The notes below the pieces were generated by a model. The model ran no database searches, had not been told where the DNA came from, and worked only from the letters and a program-made list of their open reading frames with translations. DNA of 63,722 nucleotides, counting the filler, from Platydemus manokwari (lineage: Eukaryota): the NCBI GenBank assembly GCA_037951405.1. It is 6 parts of 6 records of this genome, joined end to end, with 100 filler letters (N's around TTAATTAATTAA, not from the genome) between each part and the next. Parts side by side here need not be neighbours in the genome. Positions count along the whole stretch, not along the records: positions 42,231 to 54,740 come from JBBMOY010106676.1; positions 54,841 to 63,722 come from JBBMOY011334984.1; 4 more parts are not named here. One strand, given 5' to 3'. Below are positions 46,301 to 60,600 of the stretch, piece by piece; the first letter of the stretch is position 1, and each line of letters begins with the position of its first letter. The translations under genes and the position numbers were made by a program.

Positions 46301-49300
46301 ATACTAATGGCGGACGTCAAAATATTATTTTAAAAAATGCGCTTCGTGGAAATAGTAAATATTCAAGGCAACTATAAAACGTTGACGAACTTGATCTTGG
46401 ATCTGGCTCGATGATTTTAGGGAAATATCGCTAGTTATGTGACGTAATTGACATTGACATTCAACGGATGATAAAACTAATAAACAAAATTGTCGCAACA
46501 TCATTGGTGAAGAACTGTTTAAAAGTTCGGATTTTATTCTGAAATCATATAATTATTCGAGAGGAAATATTTATGGATTTCTCACGTATAGTCCGTGTGA
46601 ATATGAGATTGAGGTCGCATGGATTGTTGATACACATCAGTACATTTTGGAATGTCTTCGATGAAGTGCTTCCACACGATGTTCTCGTAATTGATGACTT
46701 CTTCTGTCAATCCAATCTCGAACAATATCTACAATCAAACATAATCCATTGATCACGGAATTGTCAGACCGAACCTGAGCTAAAGTACAAACAGCGGATA
46801 ACCGATTGATAGAGTCAGTGGCAATAATCTTCTTTGTCGAATGTCCCATCCCGTGACCGATAGGGTAACCATATTTATCAAAAGCAGCAAATGCCAGAAT
46901 ATATTGTTCATTGGGTGTCAGCTTGTAAACAGTGAATGTCGACGATAAATCACAAGTCTGCAATGGATATTGGAAAAAGGAAAATGAAAAATAAATCTAC
47001 TTCGATCCCTGTGCCGGGCAATTTATCATCGGTCAATCGCACTTCTGCATTCGGTGAATTAACTGGTCTTGCAAACAGTCTCACCCATCCAATCTAAAAC
47101 AAAACAATTTCAAAATCACCAGCTACCAAACACCATTTCAAAACCTTTGATTTCATAGCATCTGAGATATTCGAATCTAAAACAACGTCAATGTAATCGT
47201 TTCCCTTTCTACTGACAATCGGCGAAGGCAACTTTTCAACATTACCATTGGACTCTTTAACCAGCCGATTTATCTTGATATCAGATAAATTGCTCTCCGA
47301 TTTATCCACCAGGCATTTTATAATCTGGACAATCGATAAAAAGAAAATTGAGTTTCTTACCAATAAGTTTTACCTGTACTGAATCTCGAATATCGGACGG
47401 GGACAAATGATTTTTAATCAAATTTAACAGATGGCCTTGAAAAATAGCCAACAAAATAAGATTCTTGTTGCAAAATTGTATCGATTCTTTGTAGAAATTA
47501 GTCTGACGAATATCGGACATACTGGTATTATCATTTGCTATCACACATGAATAGATGATGATCTCTGCGTAGAATATTGTTAGTAGAATATCACAATGTT
47601 TATTGTAATCAACCTCGAGCACAGATACGTAAAAAGACGAAATTCATTTCTAAAAATAGATCCTCCGATGAATTTTCCATCATCGATGCTTTCTCATCCA
47701 ATATCTGCCCCTGAAATGAATCAATAAATTGCATAAAAATGATCTTTACCAACTTTATTCATGCCATCTAATTTTCGAGATTTATTAAATTGATCGATAC
47801 TAATTTTTAATATTTCCTTAGCCTCAGTGATACATCGTTCAGACTTAGATAACCGATTTGATTTGATAGATTCTATAAATGAGCTCAACGGATATTCTTC
47901 ATCTTCACTCTCTGCAATAACCAATTCATAACGTAACATTAAGCGCATCATTATTATTTTAACCTGCACCGAAGAATCCTGGATCTAACGAAAGTTGTTC
48001 AAGCAATAAAGCCAATCGAATTGTTAATTCCGAGTATGCGATTGAATTAATTTCAGCATATCGAGTAACCGACAGCATGCGATAAGCAGCGTACAAAATT
48101 CGAATCCACTAAAAAATATGAAAATGCCGATACTTCTATGTTACTCATGACCAACACATATACGCACACACATACATAGTAAAAATTTAAAGCTAAATAT
48201 AAACAGGAAGGACTTTAGATTCACAAACAACTAGTGGGAATAGTTTTCACAATTATAGCAGTTATAATGTTCAATCTATATTTTTATATCCTAGCACGAA
48301 ACTTTCATCTTTCAACTATGAGATTCGATAGACATTTCTTTATATTAGGACAAACTTTATCTTAAATATAAACACCATTTTATAATTATCATAAGGAAAG
48401 TGAGAAATTCAAATTGAATTAAATTTTAAAATATTTAATTTTATATAAAATTATATTATTTTGTTTAAATAATTGGATATAAATAGATAATCTGGTGTCA
48501 TGATCTTTCACTTCGTTATCGATATGTGTCTTATAAAATAGTAGCGTCTTATTTGGCAATCACGCTTCTGGTTTCGATTCTGAGAAGATCTATGAATGAA
48601 AATTATGTGAAAGAAGGAGGAATATGTTGAGACTTTGTAGCGAATATATAAAGAAGATATAAGAAGATTTAGAAAAGATATAAAAAGATAGAAGAATTAG
48701 AGAATTTTATGTGGATAACTATGTAGAGTATTCGATACAATCCCAATTAATAATACAAGTAAAATTAAAGACTTTAAAGAAAGGGGGATATCAGAATTTT
48801 AAATTAAATTACATTTTAAAATATTTAATTTTGGGTCGTGATTTTTCATTTTATTTTCGATACGTATCTTATAAAATAGTAGGTATTCACAAGGAGTATC
48901 CCACAAGTAAGCAACCTAGTAGCTTGATTGTCATAATTAACTTATTCTACAAAAGATATCATATGTTTCAACGATTCCGTTAACCAAATGAGATCAAAGA
49001 ATTTATTAGTTCTTTGGAAATATTGTTCGAATTTTACATCTTTGGGTAAATTGTTAACTCGAAAATGACATTCTCTCAACATCAAATCAATAATGTAAAA
49101 CTTTATGAATTTCTTAAAATCTGCTCACAATTCCAATAGGAGAGTCATAGCAACACTAATCACTGCTGGGATTATCTACATGCCAATACTATCTTCTTAT
49201 CCCCCTAAATTATCACTGACTGTATCAACATATTTATATCAATTGTGAATAGAACGGTTGTTCTGATCGATAATTATTTCTTAAACTTTTACATAGTTAC

Positions 49301-52300
49301 TATAATTATTTTACCTTTCCAATTCTGAGAATTGGCTTGGCTGTTTTGGAGTTTTGAGACCCATCTTGGCTGGTGAGAAAAACTGATTTACATTTGTTCC
49401 ACAAAATACAACCGGCTTCAGTCAATATCTCACCATGATATTGATTTATCTAAAGAAATAATCAAAATAAATTGAAAAAAAATCATGCTATAATTAAAGA
49501 TATAAAATATAATCAATATATTATTTATTTTAGCGATCTCTAGGTGTCTCAGTATTTGGACAAATCCATGGACCATTAGCTCATTTTGACCAGTCATACC
49601 AAGTCTCGTGGACGCATTGTTCGTTTGCACTTGTGCAAATGATTCTCCATGAAGTGTAACAATAAATTAGTTGAATAAATTAATAGACACGTTGTCATGG
49701 AGATATTAGCCGTGGAATTATTTATAGACATGAATAAATAATCGTTCAAGAAAATAAGTTAATCGAAAATATCCAAACTACATCAAATTCGTTGTCAAGT
49801 ATTTTCTCGATAAATTCCGCCAAAATGCACAATTGATCTTCAGATTGTTTCAAGTCTATTTCTAAATCATTAATTCAGGTAAAAATCCTTCACAAAAATC
49901 ACTTGTTTTATCTTCTATGGCATCAACTGATGAATTTTCCCGTCTGGATTTCGAAGATTTCGTTTCCTGAGAAAGTTTAATTTTATTAAAAATAAATCCA
50001 CAATGGTCAAGGAAGACAAACCTTGGAATTTGTCGATGAAATCGTTCTGGGTTTGTTTTGAGAATTATTCAAACCTTCAGCAGCCTTTGCTTTGTCATCA
50101 TCGGCTGATGGATTTGCAACCTTTTTATCATCCAAACTGGAACTTTGCGTAGCTTTGTTGGTCAATAAGATAAGATTCAACGTGTTTTTTATAGCCATTT
50201 TATTAGCAACATTTTTCGCATCCTAAGAGCAATTTAGATAATTCCGTTAATAATCAATGACACTTATTTACCTCCAATGCTGACATAAGTGGATCAAGTA
50301 TGCAATTGATGAATGCACTGTTTCCGTACGTATATGCCCAACATATCAACTCAAAGGCGGCATCAATTGTTGTTTCTCGACCATTATTAATGGCCAATTT
50401 TAGCTGATCTATGCCGGGTTCTACATCGATAACTCTAAATTCTTGAATGACTCCTTTCTCTGACTTTGTTGGCACTCCTGCTCTTCCTTGAAAGGGCAAA
50501 AAATAAATAAAGGAATTTAGTAGAATGTTATAGCAGACTAATTTTAATGTTAATATAATCAAAATATTTTGCTAATAGCATAACTTATCGGAAATAAATT
50601 TGTGTCCTTTTTTATTATAATTCCCATTCATATTCTCGATCTCTATTTCCAATATACACCTCTTTATATTTTATAATTTTATTTCAATTTCTACCTCTAT
50701 TTTATTCTCTATTTGTGCTCATACGTAATCTATAATCATAAATGTAATACATAATTCATCCAGATTTAATTTATATTTTTGTTTAAATCAATGCTATCTT
50801 TAATGTAGAATTTCGCCGAATTTCGCATAAAATTATCCAAACCTCACATTGTTATTTTGCTAAAACATAATTCTGTAAGTAATAAAAAAATTTAATAATT
50901 ATTTATTAATTGATTGATTTTATTTGAATTTAAAAGCTTATTCGATTGAGTTGAATTATATGTAGATATGTGTATGTGGGTCTGTATGTATTAATCGCTC
51001 GCACCTGTTATCAAAGCAACAGCAGCGTAAAACATTTCCGAATAAACGTCCAACATTTCCCATTCATTCTCTGATGCTGGTGGTTCTATTTTCCCAATGG
51101 TACGCGTTGGTTGCTTAATGGCTTCAAGAATAGCTAGAATCTGTTGAGATGGACTATCGAACATTTCCTCTAATATTCGTTCAGTTCCTGTTCTCGGCCA
51201 ATTATTCTAAAACATTTTTCCTGATGATTTTTCATATTTATTTCAAACCAATTTTACTTGAAGAACTTCCTTAAAATTGACTTTTGTTTTCGGTCTTAGA
51301 TTCGACTTTGGTCGTCTCCTGGTTTCGAAGGCATTACGTTTGAATATCATGACTCCCATCTAGAAATAGAAACATTATATAATCAGTTAATAATTATATA
51401 TATATGTGTGTGTATTTGTTGAGTGAGATGAAATTTTGCTATAGAAAAATAGAGCTGCACCTTGGAACCCTGGTTATTAGCACCTTAAACATTTGCAAAC
51501 CTTCATAACCATACAGGAATAGGAACCAGCCAATCGCAGCGGAGTTAGATGGCAAACGACAATGGAAAATGGGCCTATCCAAACTAATTATTGAAGGCAG
51601 CGATTATTCAATTATTCAGGAGTATCCGAACAATACATACACACACATGCACATATATATGTAAGTATATATTAAACAGATATTAATAAATCTAAAAATA
51701 CGTTATCATAATGAATGAGATGAACTCAATCTAAAGCTTAAATATTTATACGTTTTATTTATTCAAATAAAGATAAACAATTACTTTAATCGTTGCCTCA
51801 GATATAGCTAGGGCATTTTCCATGGTTGGCTTGTCTGAAGACAATTGGTAAATTTCATTAAGCTCGCTTATCTTTAACAATCCTCGTCTTGCGAATGCCT
51901 AAATTTATTAAAATTTAAATGCACTTATTCGACATTCTGAATCACGACTATACCTCTGCCTCCATATCATGATTGATGTTAAACAGAGCTTCACAAACCG
52001 CTGTGTAAATCGTTGCTCTCCATTTCAAATTGGGAATGTTGAGTAAAGGTATACAAGTCTCTAAACAGCAGGATGCCCATGTCAATGGTTCTATTACCTG
52101 ATACAGAAATTGTATTATTAAGAGCGAACAGAGAGATCGAAAGTAAATCCATCTTAAATCAAACCTTAATCTTTAATGAATAAAATCTCCCTTAGAATAT
52201 GAGACTGATTAAAGTTCGCTGATGAAGCCATTGACAGTCTCAAATTGCATCGAATCTATCATTTTATTAAAGATTCCAATAGAGATATCGAACTTATTTA

Positions 52301-53356
52301 AAAAATCCTTCAATAGTTTAGTAGTCACCTATGTCATTATTTATAATATGAAAGCTGAATAAGAAAAAGTCGATGGAAAAATGAATTTTTCTCAAGGAGC
52401 TAGATGTGATAATGGATCATATTGTGATGTCATAAACTCAGTATGACGTCATTGATCCATATTACATTTAAAAATAGGTTCTATCCATTTAAATGTGCAA
52501 ATAGATCGAAAAGGTGTAAATTACCCCCCCCCCTTCAACACCCCTGTTTGCAAATACAAAACCACCAATCTTACGAGTATTGAGTTACCAGATCGAATAA
52601 GTTTCTGACAAATCGAATATAAAATGACCGTCCCTGAACGGAAAATTATCAAAAAATAATCTCATTCGAACACGAAAGAATTACCATTGTAAACGAGCCA
52701 GCAGTATTTCTCGTTTTTCATTGCCCCACACAGAGCCTGATGAATAAATTGGAGATTTCTCTGACAGATCTGCTGATGGATGACACTGCGCAATTGAGGA
52801 TCGATAAGTCGCAAACATTCAAATTCAGCCAAACAAGCACCGAAAATTGCTGAAATAATTAATTCGAAATTTTCATCTTCATATAGATTGAGGATGTCCT
52901 CGATGTTCCCTTCGAAATTTTTCAAACTTAATTTATGAATTTTTACCAGATATCGTTCATAGCATTGATATTTTGCTATAATCGGGTACTGTAAATCAAT
53001 TGGTCAGTTAATTTTTTTATAAAAAATTATTTAAAATTACTGAGTTCTTAATCAATATTTCTCCCAGTCTCATAACATGTTTGTAGAAAAATGCTACCGG
53101 TAAATTGTTCTCATATTTAGTCAGAAATTCATAAATCTTTGTTGCAATCAATCTAGTTGGAAAATGTTAATTCAAGTTCAATTTCACAATACAATACTGA
53201 CTTCTTTAATTCAATTGTTTTTATTAAATTTTTCAGCTCAAAATCAAATGACTTCTTCAAATTTTCGTTTATCTCATTTTCGGAACAGTTTATTTTATTG
53301 GCATTATCTTTTAATTTGATATTTTTTAAGGCTTTGTTATATAAACTACTTGTCAT
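43367..53356 (-). CDS. CFAP54: Cilia- and flagella-associated protein 54, N-terminal portion, many exons
   Basis: Spliced peptides CWLVYNGTVILYSIC, WASCCLETCIPLL..KWRATIYTAVC, AEAFARRGLLKI, MGVMIFKRNAFETRRRPK, WPRTGTERILEEMFD, LTPNEQYILAFAAFD and DWIKKRNESILG match CFAP54 as I recall it. Confidence 0.9.
48401..48882 (+). mobile_element. TRIM-like or internally deleted LTR element in a CFAP54 intron
   Basis: Direct repeats (AAATT..ATT..ATTTTAAAATATTTAATTT ... TCGATA..T.TCTTATAAAATAGTAG) flank a PBS-like TGGCAATCACG at 48554 and a PPT AAAGAAAGGGGGA at about 48776-48788. Confidence 0.5.
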
Positions 53357-54039
53357 TTGATATTTTGAAAAGATCTAGTGACTAGTTGCTATCATTTGAT
53401 GTTTTAAAACAAACCTCCAATATTTTTAAATTTAATTTTTTAATATAATAAAATATTATTTGAACTCCAAGAAGATCAATAAAACCAAGTCATGGAACTG
53501 TAAAAGTTTGTTGAAACAATATTTGAAAAATAGATAGCAAAAAAAATTATTGACTGTGACATTTTTATTAATTATTTTTATTAATTTAATTTATATTTTG
53601 GAAACCTTATCGAAATGAGGTGCATTGCTAAATCTAATCCAATGACTGTTGGAATCACTCGAGTGCCAGATTTTTTAGCTCATAATAATAATATGATCAT
53701 CATGATTTGTATTATTCAGGTTTTGATTTTGATTTTTGTTTATATTAATTTTTAATGGGCGCTTATTCTTAAATTTGAATAAGCACTATTTTTAAATTAG
53801 ACTATAATAAAAAGGCAGGCTAAAGTTAAAGAAAAAAGGTCCTAAAATAAAATTTTAAAATTGTGGAATGAAATGCAAAAATCTATATAAATTATTTAAT
53901 TAAATTCTTTAATAACATTTTGAATTTCTTGTTTAAGAACTTGAAATTTTTTTTAGTTATTTAGAATCAAATAATATATACACAGGATTTTTAAAATCTC
54001 CTAAAAATTAATTATTTTAAAAATTGGTCAAACTAGGTC

Positions 54040-54410
54040 AAAATATAATTTTTTGAAAATTAGCGAAGACCCCTTTTTTAACATTAGAAGCAAATGGAAT
54101 GATACCCGAAATTTTTGGAGCTATTTTACAAAATATGCGATAAAGAAATAATTGAAAGATGCCAAGAATTAGGTAAATATATTTTAATGCTATATAAGTC
54201 CAAAAATAATTATTTAATAGATTGGATACATAGATCCAGAATATGTCAATGTGGTAATCCAATAAAGAATACACCAAAATCAAGGAAAAATTATATTTGA
54301 AGATGCCACAAATTGGATGCCATAGTATTGGTATTCGAATAGGGACTTGGTTCAACAATTCCGCTTTGTCCCTTTTTGACATTCTCAATATAAGTTATTT
54401 GTGGTTATTT
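54040..54410 (+). mobile_element. Merlin/ISXO2 (IS1595-like) transposase N-terminal relic
   Basis: ICQCG...(W>*)RC...GIRIGTWFNNSALSLFDILNISYLW matches the Merlin zinc-ribbon pattern SIRxGTWFxxSxL..YxW. Confidence 0.65.
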
Positions 54411-54623
54411 TTTTATACGTAACAATCGTGTTTAAGGCAGCATAACTAAATGTACCATTTTGATAATGTTACGATGTATTTGTAATAACATCGTTTGAAT
54501 TCTAAATTATATTTTATGTTTTGGTACATTTGAAATCGTATCATTTTTATGTTGAAAATTAATTATTCATGATCAAAAAGTGGTTGATTAAAAAACAAAT
54601 ATATTGATAATTATATTGACCTA

Positions 54624-54740
54624 TTAGGGTGAACCAAAAGTTCTTTCCGATTTTCTACATCATTTTTTCCAATTGCTTTTTTACCAAATGAAGATGTTTT
54701 ATATACATGTGTTATATATATTTTTAAAGCTCTTGAGCTG
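54624..54740 (+). mobile_element. mariner-like element terminus cut by a gap
   Basis: TA followed by TTAGGGTGAACCAAAAGTTCTTTCCGATTT resembles mariner ITRs. Confidence 0.45.
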
Positions 54741-55000
54741 NNNNNNNNNNNNNNNNNNNNNNNNNNNNNNNNNNNNNNNNNNNNTTAATTAATTAANNNN
54801 NNNNNNNNNNNNNNNNNNNNNNNNNNNNNNNNNNNNNNNNTGTTTAAATGATTTGGTAAAACAAAAACTTTAAACAACTAAAAAACATGAATAACTTTTG
54901 ACTCAGCCTAATAATTCGGTCATCACACCAGTTACTGAAGTCCCCAGGAACCAGTAATATATAAAATCAACCGTCACCATAACATTTTGTTTAATATATA

Positions 55001-55171
55001 CATTATTCCTTCTCCTAACCGGCACTTTTGGGGAATTGGAAAAATGTGCGGTTAAGAGGAGATTTTTTATAAGAAAAATAATAAAGAAGAACCAACAAAT
55101 GAACTTATTATTTTTTATCATTCAAAAATGTGGCGGTTAAGAGGAATTGGTTGATAGGGAGAGGAATACTG
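55001..55171. mobile_element. 171-bp Tc1/pogo-type MITE
   Basis: TA-flanked; imperfect TIRs CATTATTCCTTCTCCTAACC and GGTTGATAGGGAGAGGAATACTG; internal direct repeat AAAATGTG(G)CGGTTAAGAGGA. Confidence 0.7.
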
Positions 55172-55685
55172 TATAATTACGATTTGCCAATGGAAAACCG
55201 TTTGATCAAAGTTGGAGCTCTATTTTCCTTCGAAAATCTCGTTTGTATAATTAATTCCTGCAAACAAGACTTGTTAACAACAATACATTCTCATCAGTAA
55301 ATTTGGATAACTTCATTAAAAAAACGTTGGATTACATTTAAACCAATCACGTTATTTTAAAGTTTAGGAATGTATCCTTCTTTATAAACATCGTGTGCTT
55401 ATGTTCCTAGGTTGTCAATGGTTCCTAAAAAATATATTTTCTACAATTTTTTTTCTAATTACACTTACCGCCTCTTATAAAGAAATTAGAAATTATAAGG
55501 CCATTACATATGCAGTAGAGATTATAATTGTAAAATATTACAGTGGTGATAATGAACTTTTTCTGTGAACTTTTCATTTATGTTCCCTGAAGATTCATTG
55601 AATATTATTCATTTCTTTCGGTTTTTCATTTACTATTTTTATATTAAAAATTAGCACTGCAAAGACAACATCGAAGGAACATTTT

Positions 55686-55823
55686 TTTCTCTTTATAGAA
55701 CAAATATGATCAGAATCCTTTAATATCCATGATCTTGTTATCGTTTTCGTTTGTTTCTCTTTATAGAACAAATATGATCGGAATCCTTTGGTATCTAGGA
55801 TTCTGTTATCATTTTCGTTTGTT
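55686..55823. repeat. About 68-bp tandem duplication
   Basis: TTTCTCTTTATAGAACAAATATGATC.GAATCCTTT...TGTTATC.TTTTCGTTTGTT occurs twice. Confidence 0.85.
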
Positions 55824-57625
55824 CAACAATTCCACTCGATAATAGACTATCGATCATATATGTATATAATTAGCTAAATAATTGATGTACAAAGTTCTAC
55901 TAACATATTTGATCTCAACCCATAATATCAGTGAACACAATCAATTATTCCGATTAAACTTCAAATAGATTTTAACCAGTTATTGATAGCAACTCAATGT
56001 GTTTTTATGATAATCATTTAGAAAGTTGTGTTCGGATTTATTTGTAAAAATAAACAATAAATAAATGGAAATAAATCTTGTTTCTCATATGTTCTGCTAT
56101 TTTAATCAAATAATATATGGATATGTATTTATGATCATATTAATAATAATAATACTATTATTACAATTATCATTATCTGTTGGAGATTTTTAAGTGTAAA
56201 TGTTTGGAAATCTTATCATTAAATATATCAATTATCAAATTTGATTTTGAAAGATTTTGAAAAAACTAAAGATAAATCGATACTGTTTGATCATGGATTT
56301 ACTGAAATCGTATATAGACGATCCTTTGTAAAAGAATTTAATAATTATTAAAATATATATTATCGATTTAATAAGTTGATGTGAGTGATCTTAAAATGAA
56401 ATTATCTCTTGTGTTTAGATTAATAAGAATGAGCAGAAAAACTCGACAAATTTATGCAAACCTTCTAAAATATAGTATTTGTGGCCTTCATTATCATCCC
56501 GTTGAGTTCATGATTTTGTCAACTATAGTTCAAAATAAAATGAAATATCTTTTACAAGAATAGATTATTTAATTCTTTTCAATATATATTCTCAACAATA
56601 TGTAATTCCCTTGGATAATTTATCGAATCTTTCTCGATTTGTGCATCAGTGATCTGGAATATTTATTCCCCACCGACATTTGTATATATTGTTCAGGTAG
56701 CATATGGGTACCTGTGGAAATGTTATTGTTTCCTTTTGACATCATAATGATATCATCTAATGGTAATCGATAGAGTCGATGTTTTTGTTTTCTGAAAATA
56801 AATCTTTCAAACGTCTAAATACAAATAAATGATTTCTTTTTCAGTTTCTTTATAATTTCATAAAATGATGTCCAATATTGACGGCATCCATCAATAAATA
56901 TCTAATTGGTTGGGTTTTTGTACCACCACAGTTAATTAGATAACACTGTTTTGTATTCAAAGTGATGAAACAGTTTAAATTCAAGATTATAGATTTTTTC
57001 ATTTGTGATTTTTCCAAAAAATATTATATTTGGTATATTATTGGATAAAAAGTAGATTTTGTCAGGTATGTTGTTGATTTAATTTTTTCAGACTGTTTAG
57101 TGTGATGTTCAAAAAAATATTCATCATTGCATATTAAGGAAATTAATAATCAGACCTGATCAATATTTTTAGAAAGATTTTAGTATTATTATTATATTGA
57201 TGCCATCCAAATATTTTCTATTTTTGATGTTAATTTAAGAATTTAAGATTTCTCTAATAGAAAGCCATTTATCTATGAATTTACCAAAGAATATGTTGAA
57301 TAATTTAATCTTTAATATTGATTTATTTATTTCAAGTCTTGTTCTTTTATAAAATGTTGCTTGTATTATTTCGAAATCGGTAACCCTTTGCATGTGACTC
57401 GTTAGTGAGTTGTATATCCCATATTTTAAATAATTGTTCATATCAATTATTGAAGTCATTTAATGTTAATGTTTTTGGTGACCATGAGGCGGTGCTATTT
57501 TAATGCTAAACCAACAATTGATACATGCGATCCCATAAGAAATACGTTGGTAATTTTTATGATATTAAAAATTTGGAATCTAATAGCACAATTTTAAGAA
57601 ATGTGTAATAATGATTTTTGTTTAG

Positions 57626-60600
57626 ATTTTTGCACTCATTAGAGATCCACAACAACCTCAAAAATTAATGATCGAATATGTTCATGGTGTTAACCGAACG
57701 TATTTATCTACTGACAGAGATTCTCTATTAGCTTCACTACTTGATGGTGCTCGTTCCAGTGGTAACCGAGATGTCTGTGTCAAAATGAAACCGACAGATC
57801 GGTGGTTACGTTTTGGACCATTAATTGTACCAATGGAAGAAGAGGTGGAATCACAGCATATGAAAATGCTGCAACAAAATCCAGGTTTTTATAAATCTTT
57901 CGATATCTTTGTACACCTCATAAATCAACCTTATTATTTTTATTATAATTCTTATAATGCGTTTATATATATATATATTCCAGTTCACACCCCACACTTC
58001 TAAAAAATTAATTGGGGCATTGATTCTTCATTAAAGACTTTTAGAGGTTTTATAACTAATCAGTGAATCCTTAATTAATTATTTTGATTGGCATATTCAA
58101 TCTCATTTATCACATTTTCTACCACATAATTACTGTTATAATTAAACCGTAACGAACATATAATCAAGGAGTTGTGAACTTGGAAATATGGTGTTATATC
58201 AAACATTATTATGTGACAATCAAAATTTTCTATTTTTATTTTACTAGTTTCTTTGGAATATTTTTATTCTTTGTTTATATTAATTATTTTTGAATTTTTT
58301 TTCAATTTATTTATTTTTTGAAATAATATTATCCAATATTCATTCACCGGAAACATTCATATAACGCAGAAGATCTATTAAATAATTCAGTTATTTGGTT
58401 TCAAGAAGAGATCGAATCTGTGTCATGCTTTCAAATTAAGTTCATTTATTACGAATTTTTATTCATTTTTACGACCTTTGTTTAACTTTTACTGAAATTA
58501 TAAAACACATCCAATATAAATATTGATATTAAAACCACTCAACACAAAATATTGATATTATTAATCTGGATTTGTGATTAACTTGATAATGATAAATTTG
58601 TGTATATTGTGAATGTGATATTTTATTCAAATATCTCCAACATATTTCATTGAATTTTTTATAATATTATATTTAAGTGATATCATTAGTTATTGAATTC
58701 TGCTGTTTCTATGACAATTTTATCCAAATCGATTTGGCTCATTAATTAAAATCATTGTAGTTGTTTCAAAATCTTATCTGAAATATTTAATATCGAATAA
58801 ATTATTATTAACAATGAACTTCAACGAAATTTATTGTGTTTATAGATAATCAATAATTAAATGTGGATTGAATTAAATTTTTAATATTTGATTTTTCAGC
58901 TGGAATGAGTTTTAATGAAGTCGTTTTGAGATTCAATGCAAATGTTTCATACAGCGGTCTTCTGCATGCCGTTACTCAAGATGTTTGTTTATGTTTTATA
59001 ATAATAATAATAATAATGAGCAAGTTTTTTGATTTCAATATTTAGGGACTTTTTGCCGAAAACAAAGAAAAATTAATCAAAGGTGCTTTGAATGCATTAA
59101 TTAATCGAGAAGGAAATCAGGAGGAAATATCATCATCAGATTTAGAAGCACAATTTCATGCTTTGAGACGATTAGTGGCTTCTAAAGCCGGATTTCATTC
59201 ATTCACTCAATTAAACAAGTCAGTTATACTTTGAATAACTCTATTCTTTATTATATTATCGATATAATATATATTTAATATATTGCCGTTATGTTGTATT
59301 ATCCTTAATATTTTATCTTAATATGATACATTGAAAGGACAAAATATGATTAAAACTCTTCATTTATATATATGATCCATCAGTGTTGTTGTGTTAGATG
59401 TTTTAAATAATTGTGTTCTTTCATTTCACTCCATTACCTTTATAGCAGTTTACATTAAAAATACCCAAATATATATATTTGCGAGACAGTCCTAATAAAT
59501 TTACATGCTCGCTAGCGACATATTATGGATTTGATAGATCAGGTTTTATAAATGAAACGAGATTCGCTTTTGAAATTTTCAATAAATAATATTTGCATTA
59601 TTAAATATATAATCGAATCATGGTGAATTGATATGATGATTGGGTTTATTAGCAGTGTTAGTGGGTCCTTATGGTGGATGCTGAGGAGCCTTCGCTGAGT
59701 TTTCATAATGTATTGCTCGACGGAGTTATCAAAATCTATAGAATAAAATTGCTCCAGCTTTACACTACAATGTTTTTGATTTTATTTGAAACCCACTGCA
59801 TGATTTTGTAGAGATCAAACCTACTTGAAATTATATCTTGATTGTAAAGTTTGAAGGAGTTCTAAAGAATCTAAAATTAATATAGGAGTGATTGTAGATC
59901 TCTTTAGGTTACTCCTAACGTTTTTGTTATTTAGTTAAGCTTGTTTTTGAGACAAATAATACATTTTTAAAATCATAATGTCGGAGATTGAAGTTTAATT
60001 TTTTTTTGGATTTTACTTATTCAAGATATCCTTCAAATTCCATTTCATGTTTTAAAAACTCGTTAATTCTGTTGTGGTGTAGAGATGTCGGTTTCAAATT
60101 TGAAATTTCATGAAATAATAAACATTTTAATATTGATTTGGAGTCATTCCAATTTTTCGATTCTTTCAACTCATTTTGGACTTTATATGATAACCATCCT
60201 CTAGACTCTATTTTCTCAGCCTTATTTTTCATGAGTGTAAAAGAGCTTGTAATCGATTTATGAATGCACCATCTGTTATAATGAATGCCAACTATTTCCA
60301 TCAGTACACACCTTGTAATCGACAATAGCAATTTTTATCATAGAATTATTTATAGATAATAAATTTATTAATATATTGGCTCACATATGAACTCACATGC
60401 ATCACGATAATTATATTGAACTATTTTATTTTATAAAAAGGGAATCAATAATGGAAAAATACCCAACAAAACCATTTCTATTAGTGTTGGGTGAATGGAT
60501 ATTTATGTAAATTGATCTAATTTCATTGAATATTGATATATCGTACAAATAAAATCGAAATATCTTGGTCTGTCAGACAGATATTTCCTATTGATTGTAA

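Noticed and set aside
53374-53392. RFX X-box-like half sites upstream of CFAP54
   Set aside because: Only half-site matches (CTAGTGAC, GTTGCTA); too weak to call.
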